From Rhodothermales bacterium (GTDB lineage Bacteria > Bacteroidota > Rhodothermia > Rhodothermales > Bin80): a stretch of DNA of 64,000 bases. The notes beneath the pieces were generated by a model that saw only the letters and a program-made list of their open reading frames with translations, was not told the origin of the DNA and made no database searches. The stretch's first letter is position 1. Every line of letters begins with the position of its first letter. Location: contig OZ244626.1 in the NCBI GenBank assembly GCA_965218495.1, positions 223,886-287,885 on the forward strand, read 5' to 3'. The position numbers were made by a program, and so were the translations under genes. Positions 9,759 to 20,393 of the stretch are shown piece by piece.

Positions 9759-10723
9759 AGCCGCGCGCCTACCGTGAATTGGTGCAAGCCGGCAAAGGAC
9801 CAGGACGAGTACGCGTAGTCCAACGCAAACCCCCTTATCCGCAAGCCAAACCCCATCCCGGCTCCCGCAATATCCAGACGGCTGCCCGAAGAGAGGTTTT
9901 GGTGCCGCCGGTGATTGTAGCCCAGTCGAAGCGTGAAGGCAGTAATCACTCTAAACTCCATTCCAATGATGGTATGCGATGCAATGTCGCTGAAGGTGCT
10001 GCCGCCGGGTGGCATACCCCCGATGTCGTGGAGGTTGTAGGCCGTAAGTGTGGCGTATAGTGGCACGTAGCGCAATCCCTTGCCTACGCTTACCCGAAGA
10101 TCCATAGGAACCTCGTCGGCAACATTGCCAAGCGAGCTTAGCACCAAGCCCAAATTGTTGACCGACGCGCTGGCCGTAAACTGGCGTGCTGGCTCGTGGT
10201 ACACCACGCCTGCATCAAACAGCATCGCAGTTGCGCTGTATTCATCCACGCCCGAGTACACTACGTGCAAGCTGGCGCCGTAGCGCACATTTCCGCGGTA
10301 GGCCCTGCCCATGCCGAGCGTCAGTACCAAGTCAGATGCGGTAAAAGTGCCGCTGCGCATGCCGGTCTGGTCGACCCGCTCGAAGTCGCCATAGTGCAAA
10401 AAGCGCAGACCCACGGCTGCGCTACCGAAGCCCTCAAAGTGGCGGCCGTATGCCGCAAACCCCGCGTTCAGGTCGTGAAGATGATTCAGATACGATGCTG
10501 ACAGTAATCCGTCAATGGAAGCGCTAAGCAGCGCAGGGTTGTGGAAAAACGCGCCCAGATCATCGCAACACACTGCGGAAAGGCTGCCGCCCAAGGCTGC
10601 TGCGCGCGCAGACGGCTCTACACGCATGAATGCAAATCCCGTCACCGGCCCGGGCTGAGCAGCGGCCGGAAGGCATACTGTGGCAAGTAGAATAGCGGCC
10701 GTACAAAGGCGATGAAGTCGCAT
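9755..10723 (-). CDS. Type IX secretion PorV/PorQ family outer-membrane beta-barrel protein
   Basis: Signal peptide, then PSARAAALGG and FFHNPALL, and LRLGYNHRR near the C-terminus, as in PorQ-like proteins. Confidence 0.8.
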   Translation of the reverse strand: MRLHRLCTAAILLATVCLPAAAQPGPVTGFAFMRVEPSARAAALGGSLSAVCCDDLGAFFHNPALLSASIDGLLSASYLNHLHDLNAGFAAYGRHFEGFGSAAVGLRFLHYGDFERVDQTGMRSGTFTASDLVLTLGMGRAYRGNVRYGASLHVVYSGVDEYSATAMLFDAGVVYHEPARQFTASASVNNLGLVLSSLGNVADEVPMDLRVSVGKGLRYVPLYATLTAYNLHDIGGMPPGGSTFSDIASHTIIGMEFRVITAFTLRLGYNHRRHQNLSSGSRLDIAGAGMGFGLRIRGFALDYAYSSWSFAGLHQFTVGARL

Positions 10724-10880
10724 GGCGTGGTTTCCTGATGCAGTGGTCAAACCCCTAGCCAGGGGGAACGGATCCACAGCCAATGCCTTTAATTGCCAGA
10801 CCCGCTGACATAAGAATCGGCCTGCTCCACGTGCTAGTTCCCACCTCCATAGCCTCACGCGGGAGCATCAAAAACAGTCT

Positions 10881-13800
10881 ATGCCCAACGTTTTTACGCA
10901 AGTCTATTCCAGCCTCTTTGGTGACAAGAATCAGCGTCTGATTGATAAGCACTATCAGCCTGTCGTTGACCAAATTCTGAGCTTTGAGCACAAGGTGCGC
11001 AACCTGTCCGATGAAAAGCTGCGTGCTAAGACGGATGTGTTCAAGGCGTTGATTCAGGAAAATGTCGCAGAAATTGAAGCGCGCCAGCGGGAGATAAACA
11101 ACATACTCCGCGGCGTCAGAACGCCGACTGGAGTCAACGGCCAAGAGAGTTCCGCTGCACAGGAGCTGTCACTCAAAGATCGCCAGGATTTTTTTGAGGA
11201 ACTTGATGAGTTGGAAGACGAATGGTTGGACGTCGTCCGGGGGACGTTGGATGACATCCTGCCTGAGGTCTACGCGGTCGTGAAAGAGGTTTGCCGCCGC
11301 TTCGCGAATAAGGGTGGACTTACAGTTAAGGCAACTGACCATGACCTGGCGGCAAACAAGAAGCGGGGCTACCCCACAATTCAGGGATCGGCGGCCCGTT
11401 GGACGAACACGTGGGAAGCTGGCGGCACGAAGATTACGTGGGAGATGGTGCCCTATGACGTACAGCTTCTTGGGGGCGTCGTACTGCATCGCGGCAACAT
11501 AGCTGAGATGAAGACCGGCGAGGGAAAAACGCTTGTGGCGGTGGCGCCCGTTTATCTCAACGCATTGGTAGGGCGGGGCGTGCACTTGGTGACCGTGAAC
11601 CCGTATCTGGCCCAGCGCGATGCGGAGTGGATGGGGCCGATCTTCGAGTTTCTGGGGCTGACGGTGGATGTCATTGATGGCCACGATCCGCATTCCCCTG
11701 GGCGTCGCAACGCATACCGCGCCGACATTACCTATGGTACCAACAATGAGTTTGGGTTCGACTACCTAAGGGACAACTCGTTTGTTACGGATCCAGAGCA
11801 GCTGGTGCAGCGAGATCACTTTTACACTATCGTAGACGAGGTGGACTCGGTGCTCGTTGACGAGGCACGGACGCCGCTGATCATTTCCGGCCCGGTACCG
11901 ACGGCCAGCCAGAGCCGCTTTGATGAGCTGAAGCCGGCAGTAGAACGCATGGTGCAGAAACAGAAGCGCATAGTAGCCGGGTTTGCATCCGATGCGGAAC
12001 GCCTGCTCAAGGAGCGAGATGAGGCCTTGGCACGCGAAGATGCCAAGGCGGTCAAGGAGTTGGAGCAAGAAGCAGGCCTTGCGTTGTTACGAGCTTCGCG
12101 CGGGTTTCCGCGCAACAAGAAGCTTATTAAGGTGCTACAGGAGCCCGGGGTAGCGCAGCTCCGGCAGAAAACGGAGTACTTCTACCTGCAGGACAACGCG
12201 AAGAACATGCCGTTGGTTGATGAGGTGCTGAACTACGCGTTGGATGAGAAGCAGCACGCCATTGAGCCAACAAACCAAGGGCGGACTTTTGTGGCCAGTG
12301 CCGCAAAAGCGGAGGTGGATCTGTTCATTCTGCCGGATGTTGGCGAAGAGACGGCAAGTTTCGAGCAGGAATACGAAGAACAGAAGCATGCGCTCTACGA
12401 CGAGATCAAAGCGCGCCCGGACTTGACCGAGGAAAAGCGCGAAAACAAGATCCAGAATGACCTGCGCGTCCTCAAGAACAGGCTCGAAGACCAGAAGCGT
12501 GAGCTCTATAACACGTACGCGGATCGGGCGGAGCGTCTGCATGCCATAGAGCAGTTGCTAAAAGCCTATACCCTCTACGAGCGTGACACCGAATACATCG
12601 TCGAGAACGGCAAAGTCCAGATTGTAGACAAGCACACCGGGCGCGCACTGCCCGGCAGGCGCTATTCCGACGGGCTGCACCAGGCGATAGAGGCCAAAGA
12701 AGGCGTCAAGGTGCAGGCGGCTACGCAGACGTATGCTACCATCACGCTCCAGAATTACTTCCGTATGTACACCAAGCTCGCCGGCATGACGGGAACGGCA
12801 GAGACGGAAGCGGAAGAATTCCACAAGATTTACGATATGGACGTCGTGGTCGTGCCCACCAATGAGCCTATTGCGCGCGCAGATAAGGACGACCTTATTT
12901 TCCGTTCACGCCGTGAAAAATACCGGGCGGTAGTCAAGAAGATCGTGGAATATCACGCGTCCGGGCAGCCCGTCCTTGTGGGTACCACCTCAGTGGATGT
13001 GTCGGAGACGCTGAGTCGCGCGCTTAAACGCAACAGCATCCCGCACAACGTACTCAACGCCAAGCGGGACCGGGCGAAGCAGGAATCCCTAATAGTAGCC
13101 CAGGCTGGGCAGCGTGGCGCTGTCACCATCGCCACCAACATGGCAGGTCGCGGCACGGACATCAAGTTGGCGCCCGGCGTCAAAGATCGCGGATTGGCCA
13201 TCATCGGAACGGAACGTCACGAGAGCCGGCGCATCGACCTGCAGCTGCGCGGGCGATCGGGCAGACAGGGCGACCCTGGAGTAAGTCAGTTTTATATCTC
13301 GCTTGAAGATAACCTCATGCGCCTGTTTGGTCCAGACCGCGTGGCGAGCGTGATGGACCGCATGAAGGTTGAAGATGAAGCGGTGATTACGCACAGCTGG
13401 ATTACCAAGAGTATTGAGCGCGCGCAAAAGAAGGTGGAGCAGAACAACTTCGCGATCCGCAAGCGGCAGCTGGAGTACGACGATGTGCTCAACTCTCAGC
13501 GCGAGGTTATCTATGACCGTCGCATGCATGCCCTCAAGGGTGAACGCATGCAAGGGGAGGTCCTGGAAATGCTGCGCAAGGTCGTCGAAGAGATTGTCTA
13601 CAAGCACCATGGCGAGGGCAATGTAGAAGAGATGCGCATGGACCTTCGACGCCTCTTCGCACTCGAATTCGAGATTGACCGAGAACGATTCTTTGCGCTG
13701 GGCGAGGAAGGAGTTTGCGAAGAGGTGTTCGAGCGGGCTGTAGACTTCTACGATCGCAAGCGGAGGGCATTGGCCGAGCCGTTTTATCGCTCTATTGAAG

Positions 13801-14411
13801 AGGTCACCGAACGTGATACCGAAGGCAAGCTTGAGCGCGTCTATGTGGACTTTAGCGACGGGCACCGGCGGATTCGTTCGGTAGTTAGGATCAAGGATGT
13901 TTTGGCCACACGCGGTCAGGAGATCACCAATGGATTGGAGCGCAGCACGATGCTCACGCTCATTGATGAGCGGTGGACTGAGCACCTTCGCTCGCTAGAC
14001 GAGGTAAAGGAAGGCATAGGGCTGCGTGCATATGGCCAGCGAGATCCGCTTGTCGAATACAAGATGGAGGCCTACAAATTGTTTGCGGATGTGATGGAGC
14101 AAATCAGCCGCGATGTCGTGACGTTCATCTTCCGGGCGGGTCCTCTGGTAGAACGATCCGAGAAGGGTCGGCGGCCTCTGGTCGCAAGTGCCGCTGCACG
14201 GCGCCGCACCATGTTGGATCGGCAACGTGCCAAAACGCACAAAGACGCGCCGACATCCAACTTTGGGGTGGCTGGCCCGCGGCAGAGTGCGGCAGGGCGC
14301 GATCCCTCGGCCCGTAAGCAGCCCGTGACAGCCGGCGAGCGCATCGGGCGCAACAGCATGTGCCCTTGCGGAAGCGGCAAGAAATACAAGTACTGCCATG
14401 GACGCACGTAG
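10881..14411 (+). CDS. secA: Preprotein translocase subunit SecA
   Basis: EMKTGEGKT, IVDEVDSVLVDEARTPLIISG, IATNMAGRGTDI, QLRGRSGRQGDPG and the C-terminal CPCGSGKKYKYCHG zinc motif. Confidence 0.98.
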   Translation: MPNVFTQVYSSLFGDKNQRLIDKHYQPVVDQILSFEHKVRNLSDEKLRAKTDVFKALIQENVAEIEARQREINNILRGVRTPTGVNGQESSAAQELSLKDRQDFFEELDELEDEWLDVVRGTLDDILPEVYAVVKEVCRRFANKGGLTVKATDHDLAANKKRGYPTIQGSAARWTNTWEAGGTKITWEMVPYDVQLLGGVVLHRGNIAEMKTGEGKTLVAVAPVYLNALVGRGVHLVTVNPYLAQRDAEWMGPIFEFLGLTVDVIDGHDPHSPGRRNAYRADITYGTNNEFGFDYLRDNSFVTDPEQLVQRDHFYTIVDEVDSVLVDEARTPLIISGPVPTASQSRFDELKPAVERMVQKQKRIVAGFASDAERLLKERDEALAREDAKAVKELEQEAGLALLRASRGFPRNKKLIKVLQEPGVAQLRQKTEYFYLQDNAKNMPLVDEVLNYALDEKQHAIEPTNQGRTFVASAAKAEVDLFILPDVGEETASFEQEYEEQKHALYDEIKARPDLTEEKRENKIQNDLRVLKNRLEDQKRELYNTYADRAERLHAIEQLLKAYTLYERDTEYIVENGKVQIVDKHTGRALPGRRYSDGLHQAIEAKEGVKVQAATQTYATITLQNYFRMYTKLAGMTGTAETEAEEFHKIYDMDVVVVPTNEPIARADKDDLIFRSRREKYRAVVKKIVEYHASGQPVLVGTTSVDVSETLSRALKRNSIPHNVLNAKRDRAKQESLIVAQAGQRGAVTIATNMAGRGTDIKLAPGVKDRGLAIIGTERHESRRIDLQLRGRSGRQGDPGVSQFYISLEDNLMRLFGPDRVASVMDRMKVEDEAVITHSWITKSIERAQKKVEQNNFAIRKRQLEYDDVLNSQREVIYDRRMHALKGERMQGEVLEMLRKVVEEIVYKHHGEGNVEEMRMDLRRLFALEFEIDRERFFALGEEGVCEEVFERAVDFYDRKRRALAEPFYRSIEEVTERDTEGKLERVYVDFSDGHRRIRSVVRIKDVLATRGQEITNGLERSTMLTLIDERWTEHLRSLDEVKEGIGLRAYGQRDPLVEYKMEAYKLFADVMEQISRDVVTFIFRAGPLVERSEKGRRPLVASAAARRRTMLDRQRAKTHKDAPTSNFGVAGPRQSAAGRDPSARKQPVTAGERIGRNSMCPCGSGKKYKYCHGRT

Positions 14412-14426
14412 CCCGGGAGGCCTCGT

Positions 14427-16145
14427 GTGCTGAGGACGCTCCACATCCGCGACTACGCACTGATCGAATCTCTCGAGGTAGACTTTGAAAGCGGGCTGAA
14501 CATCCTGACCGGCGAGACGGGGGCGGGCAAATCTATCATCATAGGTGCTCTGAAGATGATTCTGGGCGAGCGGGCCTGGACTGGCGTCGTACGCACGGGC
14601 GCGCGCCGCGCCGTCATAGAAGGATTCTTCGACGAGGTGACATCGCCATCGGTACAAGCGCTCTTGTCTGAGCACAGTCTGGAACCGAACTCGCATCTGA
14701 TCCTGCGGCGAGAGATAGCCTCCAGCTATAGCCGAGCCTTTATCAACGATTCACCTACGACCCTCCCCGTCATCCGCGAGATAGCAGCCCACCTCATCGA
14801 CCTGCATGGGCAGCACGAGCATCAATCGCTGCTGCGGACCGATACGCACCTAGAACTCCTGGATCACTTCGGCAGCCTGGGTGGCTTACGAATTGACTAT
14901 GCACGGCGCTACGAAGCAACGAGCGCGTTACTGATGCGACGCGCGGAAATGGAGCAGCAGCAGAGCCAATCCCACGCGCTAAAGGAGCGTCTGGCGTACG
15001 AAATCAGGGAGATTGATGCCGTAAACCCGCAATTGGATGAAGAACTGGCCCTGGTAGATGAGCAGCGCAGGCTGGAGAATGCCGAGCGTCTTTACAGTGC
15101 GACCGCCTCGCTCTATGAGATGCTCTACGCACGTGACGGGGCCACTGGAGATCAGTTGATCGTGGCGCGCAACGAGCTGCAGGCCTTGGCACGTATTGAC
15201 AAGGTGTTCTCGGCAGCCTGCGAAGAGATACGGTCCGCGCAGATTGTCGTGGCGGATGTGGCTGCGCTGCTGCAGGACTATAACGCGCGCATTGAATTTA
15301 ACCCAAACCGCCTGGAGGTTATTCGGGAGCGGCTGGGCGAGCTCGATCGTCTGAAGCGAAAGTATGGCGGCACAGTGCAGGCTGTTGTGGAGTATCGAGC
15401 CAAGATCGGAGATCAGTACGACCTGATCGTAAACTATAAGGAAGCGCTCAGGCAACTGCTTCAAGCAATACAAGAGCAACAAGCATTGTTATCGGACGCT
15501 GCTTTGCGGCTGAGCAGCAAGCGACATGAGGTCGGCGAGCGTATAGAGCGGGCGGCCGCCTCCGAGCTTGACCGTCTCGGCATGCCAGATGCCAAACTCA
15601 CGGTAAGCTTTAAGCGGCGTTCCGATGACGAAGGCTGGATTTGGCTACCCAGCGTGGGTCGGCGTGCCAAGCGCTATAGAGCATTCCGTCACGGAATGGA
15701 TGAGGTGGAATTTCGTGTTGCAACGAACCAGGGAGAGGTGCCGAGGAGCCTCGGGCGCATTGTCTCCGGGGGTGAGATCAGCCGCATCATGCTGGCGCTC
15801 AAGACCATCCTTGCCAAGAGCGAGAGCCTGCCGATTCTGGTGTTTGACGAGATTGACAGCGGGGTTTCCGGGGGCATTGCGCGCAAGGTGGGCAGAAGTA
15901 TGGCGGAGCTCGGCCGCTACCATCAGATCATCGCCATTACCCACCTTCCGCAGATTGCAGCCCTCGGGCAGGCCCATTTCGTGGTGGAAAAGCGTGTAGA
16001 GGAGGGGCGCGCCAAGACCTATCTGCGCCGCTTGATGGATGAAGAGCGGGCGGAACACGTTGCGAGGCTGTTTTCGGGTACAGAGGTAACCGACGCCATG
16101 CGGGAGAGCGCGCGCGAATTGATGGACACGGGCGACATGAGCTAA
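14427..16145 (+). CDS. recN: DNA repair protein RecN
   Basis: LTGETGAGKS, IDLHGQHEHQSLL, SGGEISRIMLALK, FDEIDSGVSG and ITHLPQIAA motifs. Confidence 0.97.
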   Translation: MLRTLHIRDYALIESLEVDFESGLNILTGETGAGKSIIIGALKMILGERAWTGVVRTGARRAVIEGFFDEVTSPSVQALLSEHSLEPNSHLILRREIASSYSRAFINDSPTTLPVIREIAAHLIDLHGQHEHQSLLRTDTHLELLDHFGSLGGLRIDYARRYEATSALLMRRAEMEQQQSQSHALKERLAYEIREIDAVNPQLDEELALVDEQRRLENAERLYSATASLYEMLYARDGATGDQLIVARNELQALARIDKVFSAACEEIRSAQIVVADVAALLQDYNARIEFNPNRLEVIRERLGELDRLKRKYGGTVQAVVEYRAKIGDQYDLIVNYKEALRQLLQAIQEQQALLSDAALRLSSKRHEVGERIERAAASELDRLGMPDAKLTVSFKRRSDDEGWIWLPSVGRRAKRYRAFRHGMDEVEFRVATNQGEVPRSLGRIVSGGEISRIMLALKTILAKSESLPILVFDEIDSGVSGGIARKVGRSMAELGRYHQIIAITHLPQIAALGQAHFVVEKRVEEGRAKTYLRRLMDEERAEHVARLFSGTEVTDAMRESARELMDTGDMS

Positions 16146-16155
16146 CGGACGACGT

Positions 16156-17739
16156 ATGAACGCGAGCGCTGCAGAGGCTCTTGATGTCGACAGGCTGATA
16201 GCGGCCTACTTTACGCGTGGGCACGGCCGCGTGAAGTTTGGCACCTCGGGGCACCGGGGTTCTTCGGCTCTAGGGACTTTTAACGAAAACCATGTCTTAG
16301 CAATCTGCCAGGCAATCTGCGACCTGCGAGCGAATGGTGGGCCGCTATTTCTAGGAATGGACACGCACGCGTTGTCGGCGCCGGCGTTTGCGACCGCACT
16401 TGAGGTCTTTGCGTGCAATGGCGTAGATGTTGTTGCGCAGGAGGGTGGGGGCTTCACTCCGACTCCTGTCCTTTCCCATGCGGTGTTGACATACAATGCC
16501 GGCCGGCGGGCGCACATGGCGGATGCAGTTATCCTTACGCCGTCCCACAACCCGCCCGCTGATGGCGGGCTCAAGTACAACCCGCCTAGTGGTGGGCCAG
16601 CCGGCAGCGGGATCACGGGTGCCATTGAGGCGCGCGCCAACGCATTGTTGGCGGATGGTCTGCGGGGTGTTCAGCGTAGCCGCAGGGGTGCTGCCCGGCA
16701 GGTTGACTGGCAGACAGCGTACATCGAAGATTTGGATCGCGTACTAGACATGGATGCAATCTCCAAATCTGGCCTGAAAGCCGCGGTCGATCCTATGGGC
16801 GGGGCAGCGGTCCGCGCCTGGGCACCTATCGCGGAGAGGTACTGTCTGGATCTGGAGGTGGTCAACAAGGCTGTCGATCCCGCGTTTAGTTTCATGCCGC
16901 CAGATCATGACGGCAAGATCAGGATGGACTGCTCCTCCCCAGACGCGATGGCCAACCTGATCCGGCTAGCTGACGGGTTCGATATCGCCTTTGGCAATGA
17001 TCCAGATGTGGACCGCCACGGCATTGTGACGCGCGCCGCCGGCCTGATGAACCCCAATCACTACCTGTCAGTAGCAGCGGACTACCTCTTTGCGCACCGT
17101 TCCGCGTGGCCTGTAGCAACAGCAGTCGCGAAAACACTTGTGACGAGCGCAATGATAGATCGAGTCGCTTCCAGTCTCAAGAGGCCGCTAGTAGAGGTGC
17201 CTGTCGGATTCAAGTGGTTTGTGGATGGGCTTTCGGGTGGGGCTTACGGCCTTGCTGTTGAAGAAAGCGCGGGAGCTACATTTCTCCGGCAGGAAGGCAG
17301 CGTGTGGACAACAGACAAAGACGGGATCGTGATGGCGCTACTTGCAGCCGAAATAACTGCCGTAACTGAGCGTGATCCCAGTGAGCACTATCGTACGCTG
17401 GAAGAGCGGCATGGGCGGGCTTACTATCGGCGCGAAGATGCGCCAGCTACTGACGACGAGAAGGCGGTCCTGTGCAGCCTTTCACCAGCTATGGTGGAGG
17501 CCGAAACGCTGGCGGGAGACAAAATAATACGCACGCTCACGCGGGCGCCTGGCAACGATGCCCCAATAGGAGGGCTTAAGGTGGAAACGGGCAGCGGGTG
17601 GTTTGCCGCGCGGCCTTCCGGCACCGAGGCGATATACAAGATCTATGGCGAGAGTTTCAGGAGTGCGGACCACCTCAATGCCATCCTTGAAGAGGCGCGC
17701 GCATTGGTTGCCCAGGCGCTGGAGGCCGCGGGAATATGA
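16156..17739 (+). CDS. pgm: Phosphoglucomutase (alpha-D-glucose-1,6-bisphosphate-dependent, Pgm type)
   Basis: FGTSGHRGS, TPSHNPP, DGKIRMDCSS, NDPDVDRHG and ARPSGTE motifs. Confidence 0.93.
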   Translation: MNASAAEALDVDRLIAAYFTRGHGRVKFGTSGHRGSSALGTFNENHVLAICQAICDLRANGGPLFLGMDTHALSAPAFATALEVFACNGVDVVAQEGGGFTPTPVLSHAVLTYNAGRRAHMADAVILTPSHNPPADGGLKYNPPSGGPAGSGITGAIEARANALLADGLRGVQRSRRGAARQVDWQTAYIEDLDRVLDMDAISKSGLKAAVDPMGGAAVRAWAPIAERYCLDLEVVNKAVDPAFSFMPPDHDGKIRMDCSSPDAMANLIRLADGFDIAFGNDPDVDRHGIVTRAAGLMNPNHYLSVAADYLFAHRSAWPVATAVAKTLVTSAMIDRVASSLKRPLVEVPVGFKWFVDGLSGGAYGLAVEESAGATFLRQEGSVWTTDKDGIVMALLAAEITAVTERDPSEHYRTLEERHGRAYYRREDAPATDDEKAVLCSLSPAMVEAETLAGDKIIRTLTRAPGNDAPIGGLKVETGSGWFAARPSGTEAIYKIYGESFRSADHLNAILEEARALVAQALEAAGI

Positions 17740-19130
17740 AGCGCGAAGCAATTCGATTCGGCACCGACGGCTGGCGCGCCGTTGTTGCGCGGGAATTCAC
17801 ATTTGCCAACCTTACGTGCGTTGCGCGTGCCACGGCATCGTGGTTGCATGGCATTGCTGCCAATCCCACTGTGGTGATCGGGCACGATGCCCGCTTTATG
17901 GGGGATCGCTTTGCACAGCATGTTGCGCAGGCGATGGCATGGGACGGCATACGTGTCATACTTGCCGAAGGCATCACACCGACTCCAGCGATCAGTTGGG
18001 CCACCAAAGCCTACGGCGCTGATGCCGGCGTAGTTATCACAGCCAGTCACAACCCGGCTCACTACAACGGATTCAAGATCAAGGCGTCCTTTGGCGGTCC
18101 CGCCACGCCTGCAATAACGGCCGCGGTAGAGCGCGCCCTGCCTCTGGTAGAGGCGAAGGCGCTGGCGGACGAGCCGGGTGCGATCGTAGCTGCAAATGTG
18201 CATTCGGACTATGCCGGCTACCTCCGTGAAAAGTTCGATATGGCCGCGCTGCGCCGATCTGGACTCAAGATGGCGCACGATGCTATGTATGGGGCGGGCC
18301 AGGGATTCTTCAGCATGTTTCTGGGCAAGGAGAATGTTGTGGAATTGCACAACACGCAGAACCCCAGCTTTGGCGGCCTCGCGCCGGAGCCCATAGGGCG
18401 CAACCTGGGCCCATTCATGTCGCTTGTGGCCAGGTCGCAGGTGGCTATTGGCATAGCAAACGATGGAGACGCAGACCGCATTGGCGTGGTCAATGAGCTG
18501 GGCCACGAGGTAACCAGCCACCTGGTGATGGCGCTTTTGGTGAAGTACCTGTACAAGGAGTGCGGCCTGCGCGGGTCAGTCGTAAGGACTTTTGCAACCT
18601 CCGCAATCCTGGAGAAGATGGGCCGCGCCTATGGCCTGCCGGTGGAGACGCTGCCCATAGGATTCAAGTATGTGGCGCCGCGCATAGTGGAGAGCAATGT
18701 GCTATTGGGGGGCGAGGAGTCCGGCGGTATCGCGCTGAAGGGACATATCTGCGAGCGCGACGGAATCTACGTGGGCTTAGTGCTGCTGGAAATGCTCTTG
18801 CGGCGAGGAAAGCCTCTATCCGGCCTGGTGCAAGAGCTATATGACGAGTTCGGGCCCCACGAATACTATCGGTCGGATGTGCGCACGACCGAGCAGCGGG
18901 CGATCATCGCGCGTCTGCGGACCGAGGGGGGCTTAAAGTATATCGCCGGAAGCCCCGTCGTTAGTCTTGACGCGCTTGACGGGTTTAAGCATATCACCAA
19001 GGAGGGTTGGCTCCTGGTCCGGCCGTCCGGCACCGAGCCGGTTCTGCGAATCTATGCTGAAGCACCCTCCAAGGCTCGTGCCAAGGAATATGTAGCGGAT
19101 GTAGCCAAGCAGTTTGGCCTCAAGGTATAG
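17736..19130 (+). CDS. Phosphoglucomutase/phosphomannomutase family protein
   Basis: FGTDGWR, TASHNP, DGDADR, GGEESGG and RPSGTEP motifs; ATGA overlap with pgm. Confidence 0.92.
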   Translation: MKREAIRFGTDGWRAVVAREFTFANLTCVARATASWLHGIAANPTVVIGHDARFMGDRFAQHVAQAMAWDGIRVILAEGITPTPAISWATKAYGADAGVVITASHNPAHYNGFKIKASFGGPATPAITAAVERALPLVEAKALADEPGAIVAANVHSDYAGYLREKFDMAALRRSGLKMAHDAMYGAGQGFFSMFLGKENVVELHNTQNPSFGGLAPEPIGRNLGPFMSLVARSQVAIGIANDGDADRIGVVNELGHEVTSHLVMALLVKYLYKECGLRGSVVRTFATSAILEKMGRAYGLPVETLPIGFKYVAPRIVESNVLLGGEESGGIALKGHICERDGIYVGLVLLEMLLRRGKPLSGLVQELYDEFGPHEYYRSDVRTTEQRAIIARLRTEGGLKYIAGSPVVSLDALDGFKHITKEGWLLVRPSGTEPVLRIYAEAPSKARAKEYVADVAKQFGLKV

Positions 19131-19392
19131 GTCCATTCTGCGCCCTGCACTGAATTCTGCGTTTCTGTGCAAAGAGCATGCATTGGTCAGGGTGCTCCAA
19201 TCAGCAAGTCATGGAGCGCAGGGCCGCTGTCTGATCTACCTCCCCGCCGCCAGTGGATGCCCTCGCCCGGTTTGAGCTGCCTGAGGGCTTGATCACGGAT
19301 GCCGCGCGCAGCGTTTAGGCCACGATCTAGCACCCTGCCACACACTTAGCAAACGTATGTGCGCATCGCACCGGCGTCTCTGGACTGGGGGG

Positions 19393-20280
19393 TCAGTGAA
19401 GGTGCTCGTTAAAGAATGCGACCGTTCGCTCCCAGGCAAGCTGCGCAGCCTCCTCGCTATAGCGAGGTGTGGTGTCGTTATGAAAGCCGTGATGCACACC
19501 CGGGTACAAGTGCGCGGTGAATTCTTTGTCGTGGCCCTTAAGGGCGGCTTCATATTCCGGCCAGCCCGCGTTGACGCGCGTGTCGAGCTCTGCAAAATGC
19601 AGTAGTAGTGGCGCCTGAATAGCGGGCACATCACTTGCAGGGGCAGCCCCGCCATAGAACGGTACGGCCGCACCGAGTTCTGGCAAACGCGTCGCCATAA
19701 GGTTGGCGATTGCGCCGCCAAAGCAAAACCCCACTACTCCAATGCGGCCGGTGCACCGTGTATCGGTCCGGAGCGCTTCGTAGGCCGCAATGAAGTCCTC
19801 CAGCATCACGCCGCGGTCTCGGCTCCGCTGCATGGCGCGCCCGTCGTCGTCATTGCCCGGGTATCCGCCGAGCGGCGAAAGCATATCCGGTGCAATGGCC
19901 AGGAATCCCGCGAGCGCCGTCCTGCGACACACGTCCTCTATGTGCAGGTTGAGTCCTCGGTTTTCGTGCACCACGACTACGCCTGGCAGCGGAGTGGTTG
20001 TATCTGACGGCCAGGCAAGTAGCGCGCGTATCGTACCTCCACCTTTGGGGGAAGCGTACTCTATGTATTCTTCATCAAGCCGCGGGTCACCGGCTGTAGT
20101 CTGCTGGGCGGTGGCATAGCGTGGCGAAAGGTACTCCAGGATGGCAGCTACGGTAAGCCCTCCGACCGCATATGCGCTCAGCTGGCTCACGAATTCACGT
20201 CGGCTGATTTGGCTGTGTACGTATCGATCGAAAAGCCTGAATACCGCCGGGTGGAGATCCTCGTTGTTGACGTCGGCCAT
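19393..20280 (-). CDS. Dienelactone hydrolase family protein (YghX-like)
   Basis: VVHENRGLN, nucleophile motif GFCFGG and HGFHNDTTPRY. Confidence 0.9.
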   Translation of the reverse strand: MADVNNEDLHPAVFRLFDRYVHSQISRREFVSQLSAYAVGGLTVAAILEYLSPRYATAQQTTAGDPRLDEEYIEYASPKGGGTIRALLAWPSDTTTPLPGVVVVHENRGLNLHIEDVCRRTALAGFLAIAPDMLSPLGGYPGNDDDGRAMQRSRDRGVMLEDFIAAYEALRTDTRCTGRIGVVGFCFGGAIANLMATRLPELGAAVPFYGGAAPASDVPAIQAPLLLHFAELDTRVNAGWPEYEAALKGHDKEFTAHLYPGVHHGFHNDTTPRYSEEAAQLAWERTVAFFNEHLH

Positions 20281-20362
20281 TGAGTGTAGTTGGTTGGGCA
20301 GGATTTGTCTTTTGTGACTGACACGCGGTGCATGGCTGCTGCAACCTAAGGCCCGCCCAATG

Positions 20363-20388
20363 GTAACAAGATTTTTTCCTCTTACGAC
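20363..20388 (+). promoter_or_regulatory. Candidate ECF-type promoter (GTAAC-N17-CGAC) upstream of the DsbA-like gene
   Basis: Resembles the motifs upstream of the ECF sigma gene and the DUF5916 gene; would give a nearly leaderless transcript. Confidence 0.3.
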
Positions 20389-20393
20389 GCAAC

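Noticed and set aside
10881-14411. Unusually long SecA (1176 aa) with coiled-coil insertions
   Set aside because: Long SecA proteins are common in Bacteroidota-related lineages; no intein motifs were seen.
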